NCBI GenBank assembly: GCA_050250895.1
Contig: JBFWNU010000013.1
Location: 30,462 to 94,461, forward strand
Direction of reading: 5' to 3'
Length of the DNA stretch: 64,000 nucleotides
From: Vulcanimicrobiota bacterium
Lineage (GTDB): Bacteria > Vulcanimicrobiota > Xenobia > Xenobiales > JADMJV01
In this document: one piece after another, positions 9,628 through 19,914 of the stretch
Layout of the letters: each line of letters begins with the position of its first letter
Numbering within the stretch: position 1 is the stretch's first letter
Made by a program: the position numbers and the translations under genes
Notes under the pieces: generated by a model
What the model was told of the DNA's origin: nothing
Database searches by the model: none
Seen by the model: only the letters and a program-made list of their open reading frames with translations

Positions 9628-10380
9628 ATGGCAGTCTGGTATTGGATGACCGTCGCCGACGTGCGGCGCTGCGAGTGCCTGCCGCCCTGGCTTGCCGAAT
9701 TGCTGAAGGGCCGCCCCGACGAGCAATCGATGAGCGAGGTTTATGAGGCGGTCAGACGCCACCAGGACGAGGCGGGCTGGGCGAAACTCGACGGTCTGGT
9801 CGGAGTCGGCAGCAATCTGATCATACCGATCGCCTTTACCGGCCTGACCGTGGCCTCGTGGGGAGGCTGGGCCTATGTGGCAGGGGCCCTGGCGGCGCTT
9901 GGGTCCTATGATGATCTGGCCCAAGCCTGGACCGACCTGCGCGCGGCCCGAGTGCGCCCTCAGCAGCTGGATGGTTGGCTGCAAACGATGGGACCGCCCT
10001 GGCTAGAAGAGCGCCCCTATGGTCAACTGTCGAGGCTGTTTCCCACTTCGCCCGCTCTGCCGCGCCGCGAAGCCCACCTGGTGGATGGTCAGGCGGTCAG
10101 CCGGCTGGTCCAATTCAAAGGGGTGACCTTCAGCCAGACCGGCCCACGAATGCGGGTCGAGCGCGGCCACGAGCGGGTCGAGTTCGAGGCCACGTTCGTC
10201 GACTTCGAAGGCTTCGACGTGAGCCTGACCACGCTGGACCCGAGGTTTCTACTGGAATTGACCCGACGGGGCCAGGCTCATCTGATCGAGAGCGAAGGCC
10301 CTGGCGATCCTCTGGTTGAAGCGTCACTCTTTCCTCTCAGGAGCTCGGCCCTCCCCTTCCCGCTCGAGTGGCTTAGCTGA
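9628..10380 (+). CDS. Hypothetical membrane protein
   Basis: 250-aa ORF with a hydrophobic hairpin (LIIPIAFTGLTVASWGGWAYVAGALAAL). Confidence 0.55.
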   Translation: MAVWYWMTVADVRRCECLPPWLAELLKGRPDEQSMSEVYEAVRRHQDEAGWAKLDGLVGVGSNLIIPIAFTGLTVASWGGWAYVAGALAALGSYDDLAQAWTDLRAARVRPQQLDGWLQTMGPPWLEERPYGQLSRLFPTSPALPRREAHLVDGQAVSRLVQFKGVTFSQTGPRMRVERGHERVEFEATFVDFEGFDVSLTTLDPRFLLELTRRGQAHLIESEGPGDPLVEASLFPLRSSALPFPLEWLS

Positions 10381-10462
10381 ACCTCGCCCTGATACTGTGG
10401 TATCACCCCCCGCCATCCCGGGGCGTCTGGACGGCCCAGGCCTGCAGAGTTAGGGTGACGGT

Positions 10463-11839
10463 ATGAGTCCTCGCCTGATGCTGATCCAGATCGACGGCCT
10501 TTCCAGAGAGCGCTTCGAGCGGGCCCTGACCAACGGCTCCATGCCCTACTTGTGCCGCTTGCACGAGTCGAGCCACCACCTCCATTCCGTCTTCTCTGGT
10601 CTGCCCTCGACCACCGCCGCCTGCCAGGCCGAACTGCTCTACGGGGTTAAAGTGGCGGTCCCGGCCTTCGCCTTCTATGATCGAAACCGCCAGCGCCTGG
10701 TCTCGATGCTGGACCCGGGGGTGGCCCGCTCGGTCGAAGCCACACTGCAACGACAGCGAGGATTATTGCGCGGCGGCGTGTCGCTCTCGAACGCCTACTT
10801 TGGAGAAGCCCGCCGGGCGCTGGCCTGTGCGCCCACTCCGCCGTCCCGATACCTCCAACTGGTCCGCCCCCAATTCGTGGTCCCGGCCCTGGGCAGCGCC
10901 TGGACCGAGCTGTCGGACCTCATGCACAGCCAGCGCCGCCCCTGGTGGAAAGAACTTGGACACCTTCCCGAGCGGCTGCTCAGCTGCGGCTTGCTACAGG
11001 AGTTGATCACCCTCAACGCCCGCCTCGAGCTACAGCGCGGACGTCCCGTGGTGATGGTCAACTTTCTCGGTTACGACGAGAAAGCTCACCTCTACGGCCC
11101 GGATAGCCACACGGCCATGAAATACCTGAGCCGGCTCGACGGGTGCATCCAGCGCATCGCCGCCGCGGCTGAGGATTGCCAGCTGATGGTGTGGTCGGAC
11201 CACGGCCAGCAGGCCACAGCTCCCTACAGCCAGATCCGAGGAATGGCCCTGCGCAAAGTGATAGCCCAGGTGATGGGTGAACCGGTAGCTTCAATCCACT
11301 TTCGCTGGCCCGGGGCCCGGGTCCTCAACGCCGGGGCGCGCGTCAAACTGGCCGCTATCGGTCCGATTGGCCACCTCTACCTGCCCGAACCGAGTCGGCT
11401 CGAGTGGCTCGCCCGCGAGCTGGTCTGTCACCAGGGAGTGCCGGCGGTGTTAACGCGCGACGGAAGGGTCTATCGCCGAGACGGTTGGAGCCGGCTCGAC
11501 GAGAGCCTGCTGGGCCCGGCCCATCCCTGGCCCGAGCAGACCCTGGCTGACCTGGGCCGACTGATGGGCCATTTCCATTCGGGCGATCTCATCCTGCTGG
11601 GCTACCAGCCCGACCTTCCCCTTTCCTTTGCCGACGAACTCGGCGCCCACGGAGGACCGGGCCCGCAAGAGGTCACTGCTTTCGCGCTGTTGCCAGCTCA
11701 GTTGACGCCTCCGACTCGGCTGGGGGATCTCCGTCGCCTGGCTCTACAGGTGCTGGCGGATGACCTCTCACGAACCAGGCTCCCAGCCCGGCCAGAGCAA
11801 GCTCGGCAACTGCGCTCCACAGGCGCGCCGTCACGGTGA
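10463..11839 (+). CDS. Alkaline phosphatase superfamily (phosphodiesterase/nucleotide pyrophosphatase) protein
   Basis: IQIDGLS, PSTTAACQ, YDEKAH, WSDHGQ, GAHGG metal-binding motifs. Confidence 0.85.
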   Translation: MSPRLMLIQIDGLSRERFERALTNGSMPYLCRLHESSHHLHSVFSGLPSTTAACQAELLYGVKVAVPAFAFYDRNRQRLVSMLDPGVARSVEATLQRQRGLLRGGVSLSNAYFGEARRALACAPTPPSRYLQLVRPQFVVPALGSAWTELSDLMHSQRRPWWKELGHLPERLLSCGLLQELITLNARLELQRGRPVVMVNFLGYDEKAHLYGPDSHTAMKYLSRLDGCIQRIAAAAEDCQLMVWSDHGQQATAPYSQIRGMALRKVIAQVMGEPVASIHFRWPGARVLNAGARVKLAAIGPIGHLYLPEPSRLEWLARELVCHQGVPAVLTRDGRVYRRDGWSRLDESLLGPAHPWPEQTLADLGRLMGHFHSGDLILLGYQPDLPLSFADELGAHGGPGPQEVTAFALLPAQLTPPTRLGDLRRLALQVLADDLSRTRLPARPEQARQLRSTGAPSR

Positions 11840-12644
11840 CAGCCAGGGCCGTTCCTTTGCCGACCAGGGGCGAGAGCCCCAGGAGATAGATCGATTCTCG
11901 CACTCCCAGGCCGTCAGGGGCGAAGACTGCCAGGAAGCCGACGGTGCGGCCGAGACAACAGATGGCTAGCAGGCGAGGGTAGTCCACGAGGGCCACCGGC
12001 GAAAACCCGTGCACCAGGGCCGTGTAGCCTGCCCCAAAAATGGCCCAGGCCAGGGCACAGACCAACGCCAGACCCAACAGCTCGCAGTAGCGCAAGCCTA
12101 TTTCCAGCGGCTCTCGACCCAGCCGACGCAACACCCAATTGAGCAGGCTCGCAAAGCAGGACGGGTGGATTGCCACCATCACCATCCCGAGCACCAGTCC
12201 CACCATCCAGAGGGGCAGTTCGGGATAGAGTGTCTTGAGCCCCAGGATCGCCCCGATAGCCAACCCGCTCACCACGTTCAAAGCCGTAAACAGCGTGGTG
12301 GCGCTGATGGCCAGACTACGCCGGTAACCGCGGTCCCGATAGAATTCGAGACTGAACACCACCGGCCAAACGCCCCCGGGCAGATACTTGGCCTGGAGGG
12401 GAATAAAGGACAGAGCGACCGCTTCGAGATAGGCCACGGGTCGACCCAGCGAGGCGAGCAGGCGAGCCAGCACCCAGGGATGCAGCCCGATCCCCGCCAG
12501 CGCCAGGAGCAGGCTGGCCACCAGCCACCGCCAGTCCGGTGGGTGAAGGCGCCGGATCTGATCCCAGTGACTCCACAGCGTCCAGCCCAGGGCGGCCATG
12601 ATGGCCGCCGCCAGGGCATACTTAATCATCGACCGCAAGGCCAT
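11673..12644 (-). CDS. Lysylphosphatidylglycerol synthase TM-domain / flippase-like membrane protein (UPF0104)
   Basis: AKYLPGGVW and APDGLGVRE motifs, ~8 TM helices; start uncertain. Confidence 0.8.
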   Translation of the reverse strand: MALRSMIKYALAAAIMAALGWTLWSHWDQIRRLHPPDWRWLVASLLLALAGIGLHPWVLARLLASLGRPVAYLEAVALSFIPLQAKYLPGGVWPVVFSLEFYRDRGYRRSLAISATTLFTALNVVSGLAIGAILGLKTLYPELPLWMVGLVLGMVMVAIHPSCFASLLNWVLRRLGREPLEIGLRYCELLGLALVCALAWAIFGAGYTALVHGFSPVALVDYPRLLAICCLGRTVGFLAVFAPDGLGVRESIYLLGLSPLVGKGTALAVTVTARLWSAVAELALAGLGAWFVRGHPPAPVEPGDGDPPAESEASTELATARKQ

Positions 12645-12766
12645 AGGCAAATTATCGAGGCCGTCGAAGTGGTAGCTCAAGCCACTGGAGGATAGGTCAC
12701 CCCTCTACCAGGGTGGGCTCTAGACAAAGTCTCTACCTGAGGTATAGAGGGTGAAGGAGGGTTTCT

Positions 12767-14887
12767 GTGTCCACACTTAATGCTGCCGGTAACCAGGGTC
12801 AAACCCAAGTACGCACGGCCCGGGGTGCCACCACCACCACCACCCCCAGGCAAGCCGAGGGCCCCACGCCCAGCCGTAATGAAATGCGCGCTCAGGCCCT
12901 CTCCAATCTGCGCGAGCGCGAAGCGGCTACCCCCCAGGGCACGGGCGGCACCAAGACCCTGACCGCCCAGGCCGACCGAGCCAGTCAGGGGCGCGGGACG
13001 ACCCTCACCGACCCCGCCGCCATCATCAATCACGAACTCAAAACGGCCGGGCTCGACGACGATTTTCGACGGCTGTCTCCTCGAGGACAACAGCAGTATC
13101 TGGCTCTGGCCCGCGACCTCGTGGGCGAAGGCACCCGGGTGAATACCGGCGGCGGCCAGCCCGAGATGCCAGCCCTGGACAAGATGACTCCCGAGCAGCG
13201 CACCCAGTTCCAGGCCCAGTCAGGCGGCACGTTGGCCCGTCGCAACCTGATGAACCTGCTCGAAGCAGGTAAACTCAACGACACCGACTCCCAGGGACGC
13301 ACTCTCCTTTCCAACCTCGACCATATGCGCACCGACAAATATCCCAAGGTCGACAATAAGGCGGCCCTTCAATCCACCCTCGCCAACGTCGGCGCGCGCG
13401 GAGGCCACTTCGGTCACGGTCCTGCCGTGGCCAGCTCAAACGCCTCGGAGTACACCCGGGTGAGTCACGAACTGTGGCTCAACGGCCAGAGCAAACTGCC
13501 CAACGGTGACACCGTCAAGGTCCCCACCGACCCGCCCCAAAAAACGCAGGGCTTCGGAGGCTTCGGAGGCATAGGCATGGGCATGGCGCCGGGCTTGATG
13601 GACGTGCCCCGAGCTCTGTCCGAGTATGGCAAGACCCAGGCGGCCAAACCTGAACGTCTGGCCGAGTTTCGTGAGCGCGCCGCCGCCGGCCTCAGCGGCG
13701 ATCAGCGCACCGCCTACGATCAGCTCAGCCCGGCCCAGCGCAATCAGTTTCTGGATCTGGCCACACGCCCCGGCGACCGCGAGACGGCCGAACTGGCCCG
13801 AGCCTTTCAAACTGCTCCTGGCAATCCCATGCTCAACGAATCGGTCACCACCTTGCTGCGCGACGGCAAGTTGACCCAGAAAGACACGCAGGGTCACAGC
13901 CTGCTCGACAACCTATCGGCCATTCGCGGAGACGGCAGCAACGAGTTCCTTTACAATCAAACCACGGACGTGCTGGCCGGACGCGGCTTCCGGGCCACGG
14001 CCCGGGACTGGACTCTACCCGCCGAACAGAAGATGCGAACCGACCAGCCGGCTGAGTATGCTCGCCTGGTCCACGGCCTCACTTCGGGAGACCACTCGGT
14101 GAGGACCTCGGACGGCCAGGTGCTTAAGGGCCCGACCGGTGAAGCCGGACCGTTCGGCGGGATCATCGATCCCGGCCGCCTTTTGCCCGAAGCGATGGCC
14201 AATCGAGCCATCGAATCGGGCCAGCCGCTGACCATGGTCAATTCCAACGGCGAGACCTTCCAGGCCGAATTCAAGCACCTTCGCACCAACGACAAGGGGA
14301 ATCAGTATTACAACGTGGCCGTGGGCGACCATCGCTTCCTAACCTACTCCGAAGCGGGCAGCCAGACCACGTCAGCTCTGCTCGACCTGGCCAACTTCGA
14401 TAGTATGACTCCCAAGCACCTACGGGGCGAACTCAGCCGGGTCAACATCAGAAAAGACGCCAACCCCAGCGATGAGCACTTCGCCGAAAGATACGGAATC
14501 GAGGACTTTCACGCCGCGGCTACGGCCGGCGGTAACGTCATCAACTTCTGGAACGGCACCAGCAGCCTCAATGAACCGGTCTTCAATCACGAGATGGGAC
14601 ACCTGATCGGGGCTCGCCGCGGCTTGACCGACGGGGTATATGACAGGATGAACTTCAGCGATGATGCCGGCAACGTTCCTATCGGCTGGGGTGACCGCAT
14701 CAAGAAAGACAGCCAGTCGGTGTCCGACTATGGCGACAAAGCCATCGGTGAAGACTTCGCCGAGTCCTGGGAACACTACATGAGGGCCCGCCTCCAGGGC
14801 ACCGCCGCCGTCACCAAGTTCAAGACCGAACACCCCAATCGCTTCCAGTTGCTCGACCGCATCTATAGGGACGGAGATACCTGGTGA
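12767..14887 (+). CDS. Large protein with duplicated helical domain and C-terminal HExxH zinc metallopeptidase
   Basis: FNHEMGH plus downstream SDYG..EDFAESW; internal repeat LLEAGKLNDTDSQGRTLLSNL / LLRDGKLTQKDTQGHSLLDNL; AAGGAGG RBS. Confidence 0.75.
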   Translation: MSTLNAAGNQGQTQVRTARGATTTTTPRQAEGPTPSRNEMRAQALSNLREREAATPQGTGGTKTLTAQADRASQGRGTTLTDPAAIINHELKTAGLDDDFRRLSPRGQQQYLALARDLVGEGTRVNTGGGQPEMPALDKMTPEQRTQFQAQSGGTLARRNLMNLLEAGKLNDTDSQGRTLLSNLDHMRTDKYPKVDNKAALQSTLANVGARGGHFGHGPAVASSNASEYTRVSHELWLNGQSKLPNGDTVKVPTDPPQKTQGFGGFGGIGMGMAPGLMDVPRALSEYGKTQAAKPERLAEFRERAAAGLSGDQRTAYDQLSPAQRNQFLDLATRPGDRETAELARAFQTAPGNPMLNESVTTLLRDGKLTQKDTQGHSLLDNLSAIRGDGSNEFLYNQTTDVLAGRGFRATARDWTLPAEQKMRTDQPAEYARLVHGLTSGDHSVRTSDGQVLKGPTGEAGPFGGIIDPGRLLPEAMANRAIESGQPLTMVNSNGETFQAEFKHLRTNDKGNQYYNVAVGDHRFLTYSEAGSQTTSALLDLANFDSMTPKHLRGELSRVNIRKDANPSDEHFAERYGIEDFHAAATAGGNVINFWNGTSSLNEPVFNHEMGHLIGARRGLTDGVYDRMNFSDDAGNVPIGWGDRIKKDSQSVSDYGDKAIGEDFAESWEHYMRARLQGTAAVTKFKTEHPNRFQLLDRIYRDGDTW

Positions 14888-15606
14888 GGTCGTTCCAGCG
14901 TCTTCGTCGCGACCTGGAACAAAGCCTCAATCAACGCCCCTACACCCCACTCTATTCGCTGCTGGCGAGTCTGGACCGCTATCATCGAGGCGTCTTCTCG
15001 GAGGAAGCCCTGGTAACCGAGCTCGAGCGTAGCCACGCCGAGCTTTCCGAGTTGCAGGTGACCCACGAGCAGCCCGTGTTGCTGGAGGCAGTCGAACTCA
15101 TCGAGAACTACAACGAGATGGAGCTCGACGAGTTTCAAGCGGCCCTCGAGGCGCTCGAGCCTCGCTTGCAGGCGTTGGACCTGGCCGCCATGGGCTCGCA
15201 GGCCGAGCGCCAACGCCACCACGCTCGCCTGCAGGCATTGATGGACGAACCGGTACCCGAAGACGAACTGCTCCTGGGCTATTACAAAGAGATCGAGGAC
15301 CGCCTGGCCAGCTGGTTCGAAAGCGACGGCGAAGATCCCACTCCCCTGCTGGCCGGACACCTGGCTCGAATCCGCGCCGCCAGCGACGACTACGAAGGTA
15401 CCTATGTGGAAGAGCAAGAGTGGACCATGGAGGTGGCTCTGGCCGACGAGTTGCTGCAGCACGCCTACCAGAGCTGGGCCCACGGTCTGGGCCTCTTGCT
15501 CGAAGCCGTGCAAAGTGGCTCGCCCGAATTGGCCGAAGAAGGCCTGAGCGCCCTGCTCAGCGGCAATCACTCCTTTGTCAAAGTCGATCAGCTGGCCAGA
15601 CCTTGA
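14884..15606 (+). CDS. Hypothetical acidic all-helical protein
   Basis: 240-aa ORF, GTGA start/stop overlap with the upstream gene. Confidence 0.65.
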   Translation: MRSFQRLRRDLEQSLNQRPYTPLYSLLASLDRYHRGVFSEEALVTELERSHAELSELQVTHEQPVLLEAVELIENYNEMELDEFQAALEALEPRLQALDLAAMGSQAERQRHHARLQALMDEPVPEDELLLGYYKEIEDRLASWFESDGEDPTPLLAGHLARIRAASDDYEGTYVEEQEWTMEVALADELLQHAYQSWAHGLGLLLEAVQSGSPELAEEGLSALLSGNHSFVKVDQLARP

Positions 15607-15627
15607 CCGAAGGCTAGACGGGCCTCG

Positions 15628-16233
15628 ATGACGAAGTCGGTTCCCATGCGGTGGGTCATCCTTTTCTCCCTTGTGTTGCTTTCTCCAGCCTGGGCCGACC
15701 GGGCAAAGCTCGGTGAAGATTCCTATGTTGTCGGGGTATCGACCCAGAACTACGAGGCCTTCGCCGACCCCGACGGCCAGGGGCAGGCGCTCGAATCCAA
15801 TTGGGGCTGGGCGGCGGCCATGCAACAGATCCTCAACTTTCACGGCCTCAAGGTCCGCCAGCAGGAATTGGTAGAGAAAACGCTAGGCGCGGCCGAGAAC
15901 AAGACGGCCGATCTCGACCAGATCCTGGCGAAAGTGCCGGGCCGCTATCCCGACAGTCGAGGCCGCGACTCGACGGTTCAACTGGTCACCACCGAAGAAC
16001 TCGAGCAGGTGTGGAAAGACCTGGAAAAAGACTGGCCCGCCCTGGTCGGCATTTCCTCGCCCGGACTCGATGTGCTCGAGGCTCAGGTGTTGACCTCGGC
16101 AACCTTCGAGGCTGGCAAACTGGTGAAGGTCGGACTGCGCAACCCCGTGTCTACCGGCAAGGTAGAGATGGACGGCGACGAGTTTCGCCAACGGGCTCAG
16201 TCCATCGTCCGAGTCTACGTCGAACGGAATTAG
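15628..16233 (+). CDS. Exported C39/papain-like fold protein, apparently lacking the catalytic Cys
   Basis: Signal peptide (WVILFSLVLLSPAWA); Q-x-x-x-SNWGWAAAMQQIL resembles the NWCWAA motif. Confidence 0.6.
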   Translation: MTKSVPMRWVILFSLVLLSPAWADRAKLGEDSYVVGVSTQNYEAFADPDGQGQALESNWGWAAAMQQILNFHGLKVRQQELVEKTLGAAENKTADLDQILAKVPGRYPDSRGRDSTVQLVTTEELEQVWKDLEKDWPALVGISSPGLDVLEAQVLTSATFEAGKLVKVGLRNPVSTGKVEMDGDEFRQRAQSIVRVYVERN

Positions 16234-17453
16234 TGCGGAGGTTTCTCGAGGCCCTCGAGCTCGGCCACATCGACCGCGGCGGCTGGCAGGACGGTCGCGT
16301 CGTCGACCTGCGTAACTATTCCGGGTCCGTTTATGTAGTGGGCGACCTCCACGCCCGCCATCAGCGCATCGACGCCATCCTACAGCACGCTCGACTGCCA
16401 GCTCAGTTAGAGCGTGGTGAGGCGGTCCTGGTCTTTCTCGGCGACCTGTTCCATCCCGAGGCCGATGACGAGGCCGGAGAGATGGACACTTCGATCGCCA
16501 CTCTGAAGGCTGTGGCGGAGCTCAAGACATCCTATCCTCGCAATGTCTATGTCTTGCTGGGAAACCATGAGTTCACCCGCAGCGAGAGCACCAAGCGTGG
16601 CTATTTTCAGGGAGCCCTGTTTCGCACGGCCCTCGAGGCGCACGGCTTGAGCCAGGTGTATGACGATTTCCTACGGGGCAGCCCACTGGTCATGATCCAT
16701 CCCCGCTGGGTGGGCGTCCACGCCGGCCCCGCCGTGAGCGTGACCTCCCTCGAGGAGTTGAAAACCGTCGAGGTGGTCGACCTTCCCCCTCTGGAAATGC
16801 CGGCCGCCCTGCGCGAATTGACCTTCACCCGCCACGTCGACTGGTCACCCAACCCCACCAAATCCTACGGCGACTATGAGGTCGAGGATTTCCTCAAGCT
16901 GTGCCAAGTGCCCGAAGCTCGGCTGGTAACCGGACACACTCCCCTTGATCGCGAGACCGATTGGACCTGGGAAATCGGAGCTCACCTGACGGTCATCTTT
17001 GCCGCTGGCCGCGAACTTGGTTACTTGCGCATCGAGCCCGATGGCCACCAGCTGGTGCGGGTGGGACGCTATCATGGCTCGAGCCTGGTGGCCGATCGTA
17101 GCTCGGGCCGGGTGGCCGAAGCGGCGGGCCGGTTGGAGCCCGATGTCATCTATCGGTTCGACTATGACCAGCCGCTCCACCTGGAGGGGCCGCATCCGCT
17201 GAGCATCCGCCACTACCGCCACCTGTCGGCCTCCTCGCAAAGCTACTATGGACAGGGTTATTACCTGGTAGGAAACGAATTCCGCGGCGAGGTGCTCAAC
17301 CTCAAGAGCGAGTCGGCCCTGGTTTTGGGTGGTCCCGGCTTGTGTGGCGGAGTGCGCTTTCATTGGCCCGACCAGGAATTCGGTGTGCTCTGGCAGCGGC
17401 AACCAGGACGGTTCGAAGTGAGGGCCCTGGTGGAGGGAATACGCTTTGCTTGA
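16233..17453 (+). CDS. Calcineurin-like metallophosphoesterase with C-terminal extension
   Basis: GDLH, GDLFH, GNHE, HAG, GHT motifs; GTG16233 overlaps the upstream TAG. Confidence 0.85.
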   Translation: MRRFLEALELGHIDRGGWQDGRVVDLRNYSGSVYVVGDLHARHQRIDAILQHARLPAQLERGEAVLVFLGDLFHPEADDEAGEMDTSIATLKAVAELKTSYPRNVYVLLGNHEFTRSESTKRGYFQGALFRTALEAHGLSQVYDDFLRGSPLVMIHPRWVGVHAGPAVSVTSLEELKTVEVVDLPPLEMPAALRELTFTRHVDWSPNPTKSYGDYEVEDFLKLCQVPEARLVTGHTPLDRETDWTWEIGAHLTVIFAAGRELGYLRIEPDGHQLVRVGRYHGSSLVADRSSGRVAEAAGRLEPDVIYRFDYDQPLHLEGPHPLSIRHYRHLSASSQSYYGQGYYLVGNEFRGEVLNLKSESALVLGGPGLCGGVRFHWPDQEFGVLWQRQPGRFEVRALVEGIRFA

Positions 17454-18681
17454 AGATTATCTAGAGCAGTTTCGCGGCCAGGTGGCCGAGAGCGGCACCT
17501 TCACCGTCAACGTGTCCAAGGCCCGCATCAAGTTGCGCCAGTTTCTGCTGCGTGAGCGGCATACCTATGCCTGCCACCTGGTGGCCGCCGGCATCGCCTG
17601 GGGAGCTGACGAGGTCCGGGTCGAAAACGACGCCGACGACCTGATCGTCGAATTCGACGCACCCGGCTTCTCGGCCCATACGCTTGAGAATCCGTTCGGC
17701 CCGTTGCTCGATCCCGAGACAGCTCAGAACGCGGCCGGGCGTGAATTGGCCATCGGCCTGAACACGGCCCTGAGCTTTGACCCGCGCTGGGTAAGCGTAG
17801 AGACGCGCGGCCTGCAACTGACCCTGCACGGCGACCGTCAGGAAGTAGTGGCCACCGAGACCGGCCCCGGGGTGAGGATCCACGTCAAAGAACGCACCAG
17901 TTGGCGCACCCTTAAGAAGTATCTCTCCCGCAGTGGTCCCCCCGAAGCGGCCGCCATCCGCTGGCGCATGCGCTTCTCTCCCATTCCGATCTGGGTCAAC
18001 CAGCAGCGGGTTGACGGGCCCTGCTCACTGGACCGTTGCCTGGCCCGCCTGACCATCCACGGGGCTGCCCAGGTCGGTCCGGTGGAGGGAACCTTCGGAT
18101 TGCACCTCGAGGAAGAAGGCGAGTATTCGGCCGAGATCGCCCTGACCGACTCCGAGAGCTTCGCCAAGCTGGTTTTCAACGGCTTCGTCTACGAAGCCGG
18201 CCCGGTAGCCGGAGTGCGAGCGGTCGTGGCCGTGCCCCACCTGCCGCGCGATCTGTCGCAAGAACAGCTCCGCCACTCCCCCGCCTTGAGCGAAGTGCTG
18301 TCTTTCGTCGAACAAGCCCGCGAGCGGTTGGTCAAGCATTGCCTCGAGCACTACGAGCAGCTCGAGGCGCGCTGGCGCGCTCAGGCTCGAACTCTCGCCG
18401 TGGGGCGGTTGGACAGTCACTATGACGACGTGCAAGACCTGCCCCTCTTCGAGCTGGTCGACGGCTCCTGGACCTCGGCGCGGCGCCTGCGAGAGCTGCC
18501 TTCTCTTCGCTACTGGGCCGAGACGTGGCCGGGCCGGCCTCGCTTGAGCGAACCGGTGGTAGTGGCTGACTATCAGGTCAGACCGTTTCTGGTCCGCTGG
18601 TTCGGCGCGCGGCTGGTGGTAGCCGAAACCGAGCACAAGCAAGCGATGGCCGCGCACCTTCGCCGCCTCCGCCAAGAATAG
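17446..18681 (+). CDS. Hsp90/HtpG-like-fold family protein
   Basis: ESGTFTVNVSKARIKL, MRFSPIPIWVN, LPRDLSQEQL motifs; paralog of 1296-2636 and 31117-32442. Confidence 0.65.
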   Translation: MLEDYLEQFRGQVAESGTFTVNVSKARIKLRQFLLRERHTYACHLVAAGIAWGADEVRVENDADDLIVEFDAPGFSAHTLENPFGPLLDPETAQNAAGRELAIGLNTALSFDPRWVSVETRGLQLTLHGDRQEVVATETGPGVRIHVKERTSWRTLKKYLSRSGPPEAAAIRWRMRFSPIPIWVNQQRVDGPCSLDRCLARLTIHGAAQVGPVEGTFGLHLEEEGEYSAEIALTDSESFAKLVFNGFVYEAGPVAGVRAVVAVPHLPRDLSQEQLRHSPALSEVLSFVEQARERLVKHCLEHYEQLEARWRAQARTLAVGRLDSHYDDVQDLPLFELVDGSWTSARRLRELPSLRYWAETWPGRPRLSEPVVVADYQVRPFLVRWFGARLVVAETEHKQAMAAHLRRLRQE

Positions 18682-18699
18682 CGGTTCGTCTGGCTCGCC

Positions 18700-19900
18700 C
18701 CGGTTGCCCGCCGGGGCCAGGCTCGCCGCCCGGCCGCGGCGGTCGCGAGGAACTTGCCGGCTCTTCCAGCTGGAAGTACGCGAGTGGCCAGCGGGTTGGG
18801 GCAGCGCCACGGCTCGGCTGGTCGCCGCGGGCGGCGGCACGCGAGGCTCGGCTGGCGCACCGCCCGGCCCCGGCCCTCGTGAGGAACTAGCCGGTTCTTC
18901 CAGCTGGAAGTACGCGAGTGGCCCAGCGAGTCGGGGCAGCGCCAGGGCTCGGCTGGTCGCCGCGGGCGGCGGCACGCGAGGCTCGGCTGGCGCACCGCCC
19001 GGCCGCGGCCCTCGTGAGGAACTAGCCGGTTCTTCCAGCTGGAAGTACGCGAGTGGCCCAGCGGGTTGGGGCAGCGCCACGGCTCGGCTGGTCGCCGCGG
19101 GCGGCGGCACGCGAGGCTCGGCTGGCGCACCGCCCGGCCGCGGCCCTCGTGAGGAACTAGCCGGTTCTTCCAGCTGGAAGTACGCGAGTGGCCCAGCGGG
19201 GTCGGGCAGCGCCAGGGCTCGGCTGGTCGCCGCGGGCGGCGGCACGCGAGGCTCGGCTGGCGCACCGCCCGGCCGGGGCCCTCGTGAGGAACTAGCCGGT
19301 TCTTCCAGCTGGAAGTACGCGAGTGGCCCAGTAGGTTGGGGCAGCGCCAGCGCTCGGCTGGTCGCCGCGGGCGGCGGCACGCGAGGCTCGGCTGGCGCAC
19401 CGCCCGGCCGCGGCGGTCGCGAGGAACTAGCCGGTTCTTCCAGCTGGAAGTACGCGAGTGGCCCAGCGGGGTCGGGCAGCGCCAGGGCTCGGCTGGTCGC
19501 CGCGGGCGGCGGCACGCGAGGCTCGGCTGGCGCACCGCCCGGCCGGGGCCAACTTGGCTCGCCGCCGGGGCTCGGCTGGTCGCCGCGGCCCGGCCCGCCG
19601 GGGCCGAACTGGCTCGCCGCGCCCCCGGCCACTCGGCAGGACACACTGCCGAATCACGGTCGCCGCCGGGGCTCGGCTGGTCGCCGCGGCCCGGCCCGAA
19701 CGCTTGCACGCTCGGTTGTGCGCCGCACAGCCCGGTTTGCTCAGTGTGCGGCGCAAGTGTGCGCCGCACAGCCTGGTTTGCTGAGTGTGCGGCGCACACC
19801 CTGGGCCCCGGCCGCTAGCCCGGGCTCGGCAGCCACACACTGGGCCGAATTCGGCGGACCCCGCTGCCGAATCGCGGACGTCGGCCGGGGCTCGGCTGGT
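18700..19900. repeat. Tandem array of six ~135-bp GC-rich units plus degenerate tail
   Basis: Palindrome CTTCCAGCTGGAAG starts at 18763, 18897, 19032, 19167, 19302, 19437 (period 134-135). Confidence 0.9.
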
Positions 19901-19914
19901 TCGGAGCGTCCCAC

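Noticed and set aside
11673-11839. 167-bp convergent overlap of phosphodiesterase and flippase-like genes
   Set aside because: Both overlapping tails are low-complexity extensions, common in GC-rich genomes; no sign of function
18763-18776. Resemblance of CTTCCAGCTGGAAG to the CRISPR repeat stem (CCAGCT...AGCTGG)
   Set aside because: Only a 6-9-nt overlap, no ATTGAAGC end and no spacer structure; insufficient to claim a link
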